Shown: positions 1 to 6,150 of the stretch, piece after piece
Layout of the letters: each line of letters begins with the position of its first letter
How positions within the stretch are numbered: the stretch's first letter is position 1
Origin: Amoebidium appalachense
Taxonomy: Eukaryota; Protista; Ichthyosporea
Direction of reading: 5' to 3'
Assembly (NCBI GenBank): GCA_963693365.1
Contig: CAVNZM010000119.1
Coordinates: 1-6,150, forward strand
DNA length: 6,150 bases
Made by a program: the position numbers and the translations under genes
The notes under the pieces: model-generated
The model's database searches: none
What the model was told of the DNA's origin: nothing
Seen by the model: the letters and a program-made list of their open reading frames with translations, nothing else

Positions 1-322
1 GTGGGAGTACGACCTGGTGTACGTGTACGTGTACGTGACTGTACGGTCGTGTTACAGTACAAAAACTAGGTGACACACTGTGGTTGTGGGTGTACGACCT
101 TGTGTATGACATTGTATACATGTACGTGACTGTACGTGTACATGTAGGTGTGGTTGTGGGTGTACGACCTGGTGTATGTATACATGTACGTGACTGTACG
201 TGTAGGTGTGGTTGTATGTACAGCAGGTGTGGTTGTAGGTGTGGATGTAGGTGTGATGGTACGTGTACGTGTACGTGTACGTGGACGTGGACGACGGTGT
301 GGTTGTACCTATAGGTGTACAT
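1..322. repeat. Degenerate minisatellite built from GTGTAC/GTACGT/GTGGTT hexamers, with about 3 higher-order 60-70 bp units
   Basis: The motif 'gtgggtgtacgacct(g/t)gtgta...tgtacgtgactgtacg' recurs near 1, 86 and 157. There is a pure (GTACGT)4 run at 259-282. Confidence 0.85.
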
Positions 323-376
323 ATATAAATTGGGTAGGGAAGATAGGGATCTTAGGAATAGGGCATCCTGGCAGTA

Positions 377-411
377 GGGGGAGGGGGAGGGGGGAGGGGG
401 GAGGGGGGGGG
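377..411 (+). repeat. (GnA) G-run array, potential G-quadruplex
   Basis: Five G-runs of at least 4 nt are separated by single A's. Confidence 0.75.
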
Positions 412-526
412 ATATGATTTTGCGGGAGGTGTGTGTGTGTGGGTTCGGACTTCCGCAATCGCTATGTCTTTCATTTTGCTTTCCAATTTGGCCGGTTGCT
501 AATGTTAGGCCGTTTTCTCTTCTCAG

Positions 527-6150
<5,624 letters not shown>

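Noticed and set aside
84-417. Cys-rich or Val-rich ORFs (metallothionein-like CRCGC)
   Set aside because: They are translations of the hexamer minisatellite.
322-428. TATA box at 322-329 with ATG at 414 as the gene start
   Set aside because: Splicing from the GT at 429 to 527 gives a frame that stops early. Region 498-526 looks like a branch point plus acceptor, so 527-698 is more likely an internal exon. This is not fully excluded.

Overview
Eukaryotic genomic DNA containing the internal part of one intron-rich protein-coding gene on the + strand. I find six exons with GT-AG boundaries: 527-698, 1323-1529, ~3315-3367, 3920-4291, 5376-5503 and 6103->6150. Four of the five junctions are phase-compatible, and the exon 2/3 junction is unresolved. 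The ~325 aa spliced product has a helical, NLS-bearing N-terminal part. This is followed by a region resembling the start of a beta-class amino-(N6-adenine/N4-cytosine) DNA methyltransferase: 'VLQGDVLQE' ... 'GFPYVRIDPPS' ... 'PFTQANYRTVLKS', with DPPS in place of DPPY. That assignment is a by-eye inference. The introns are filled with poly-C tracts, two intron-specific repeat families, a ~280 bp (CA)n microsatellite, and an upstream GTACGT-based minisatellite and G-tract. Nearly all ORFs in the supplied track are low-complexity artefacts. The organism cannot be identified from this window.
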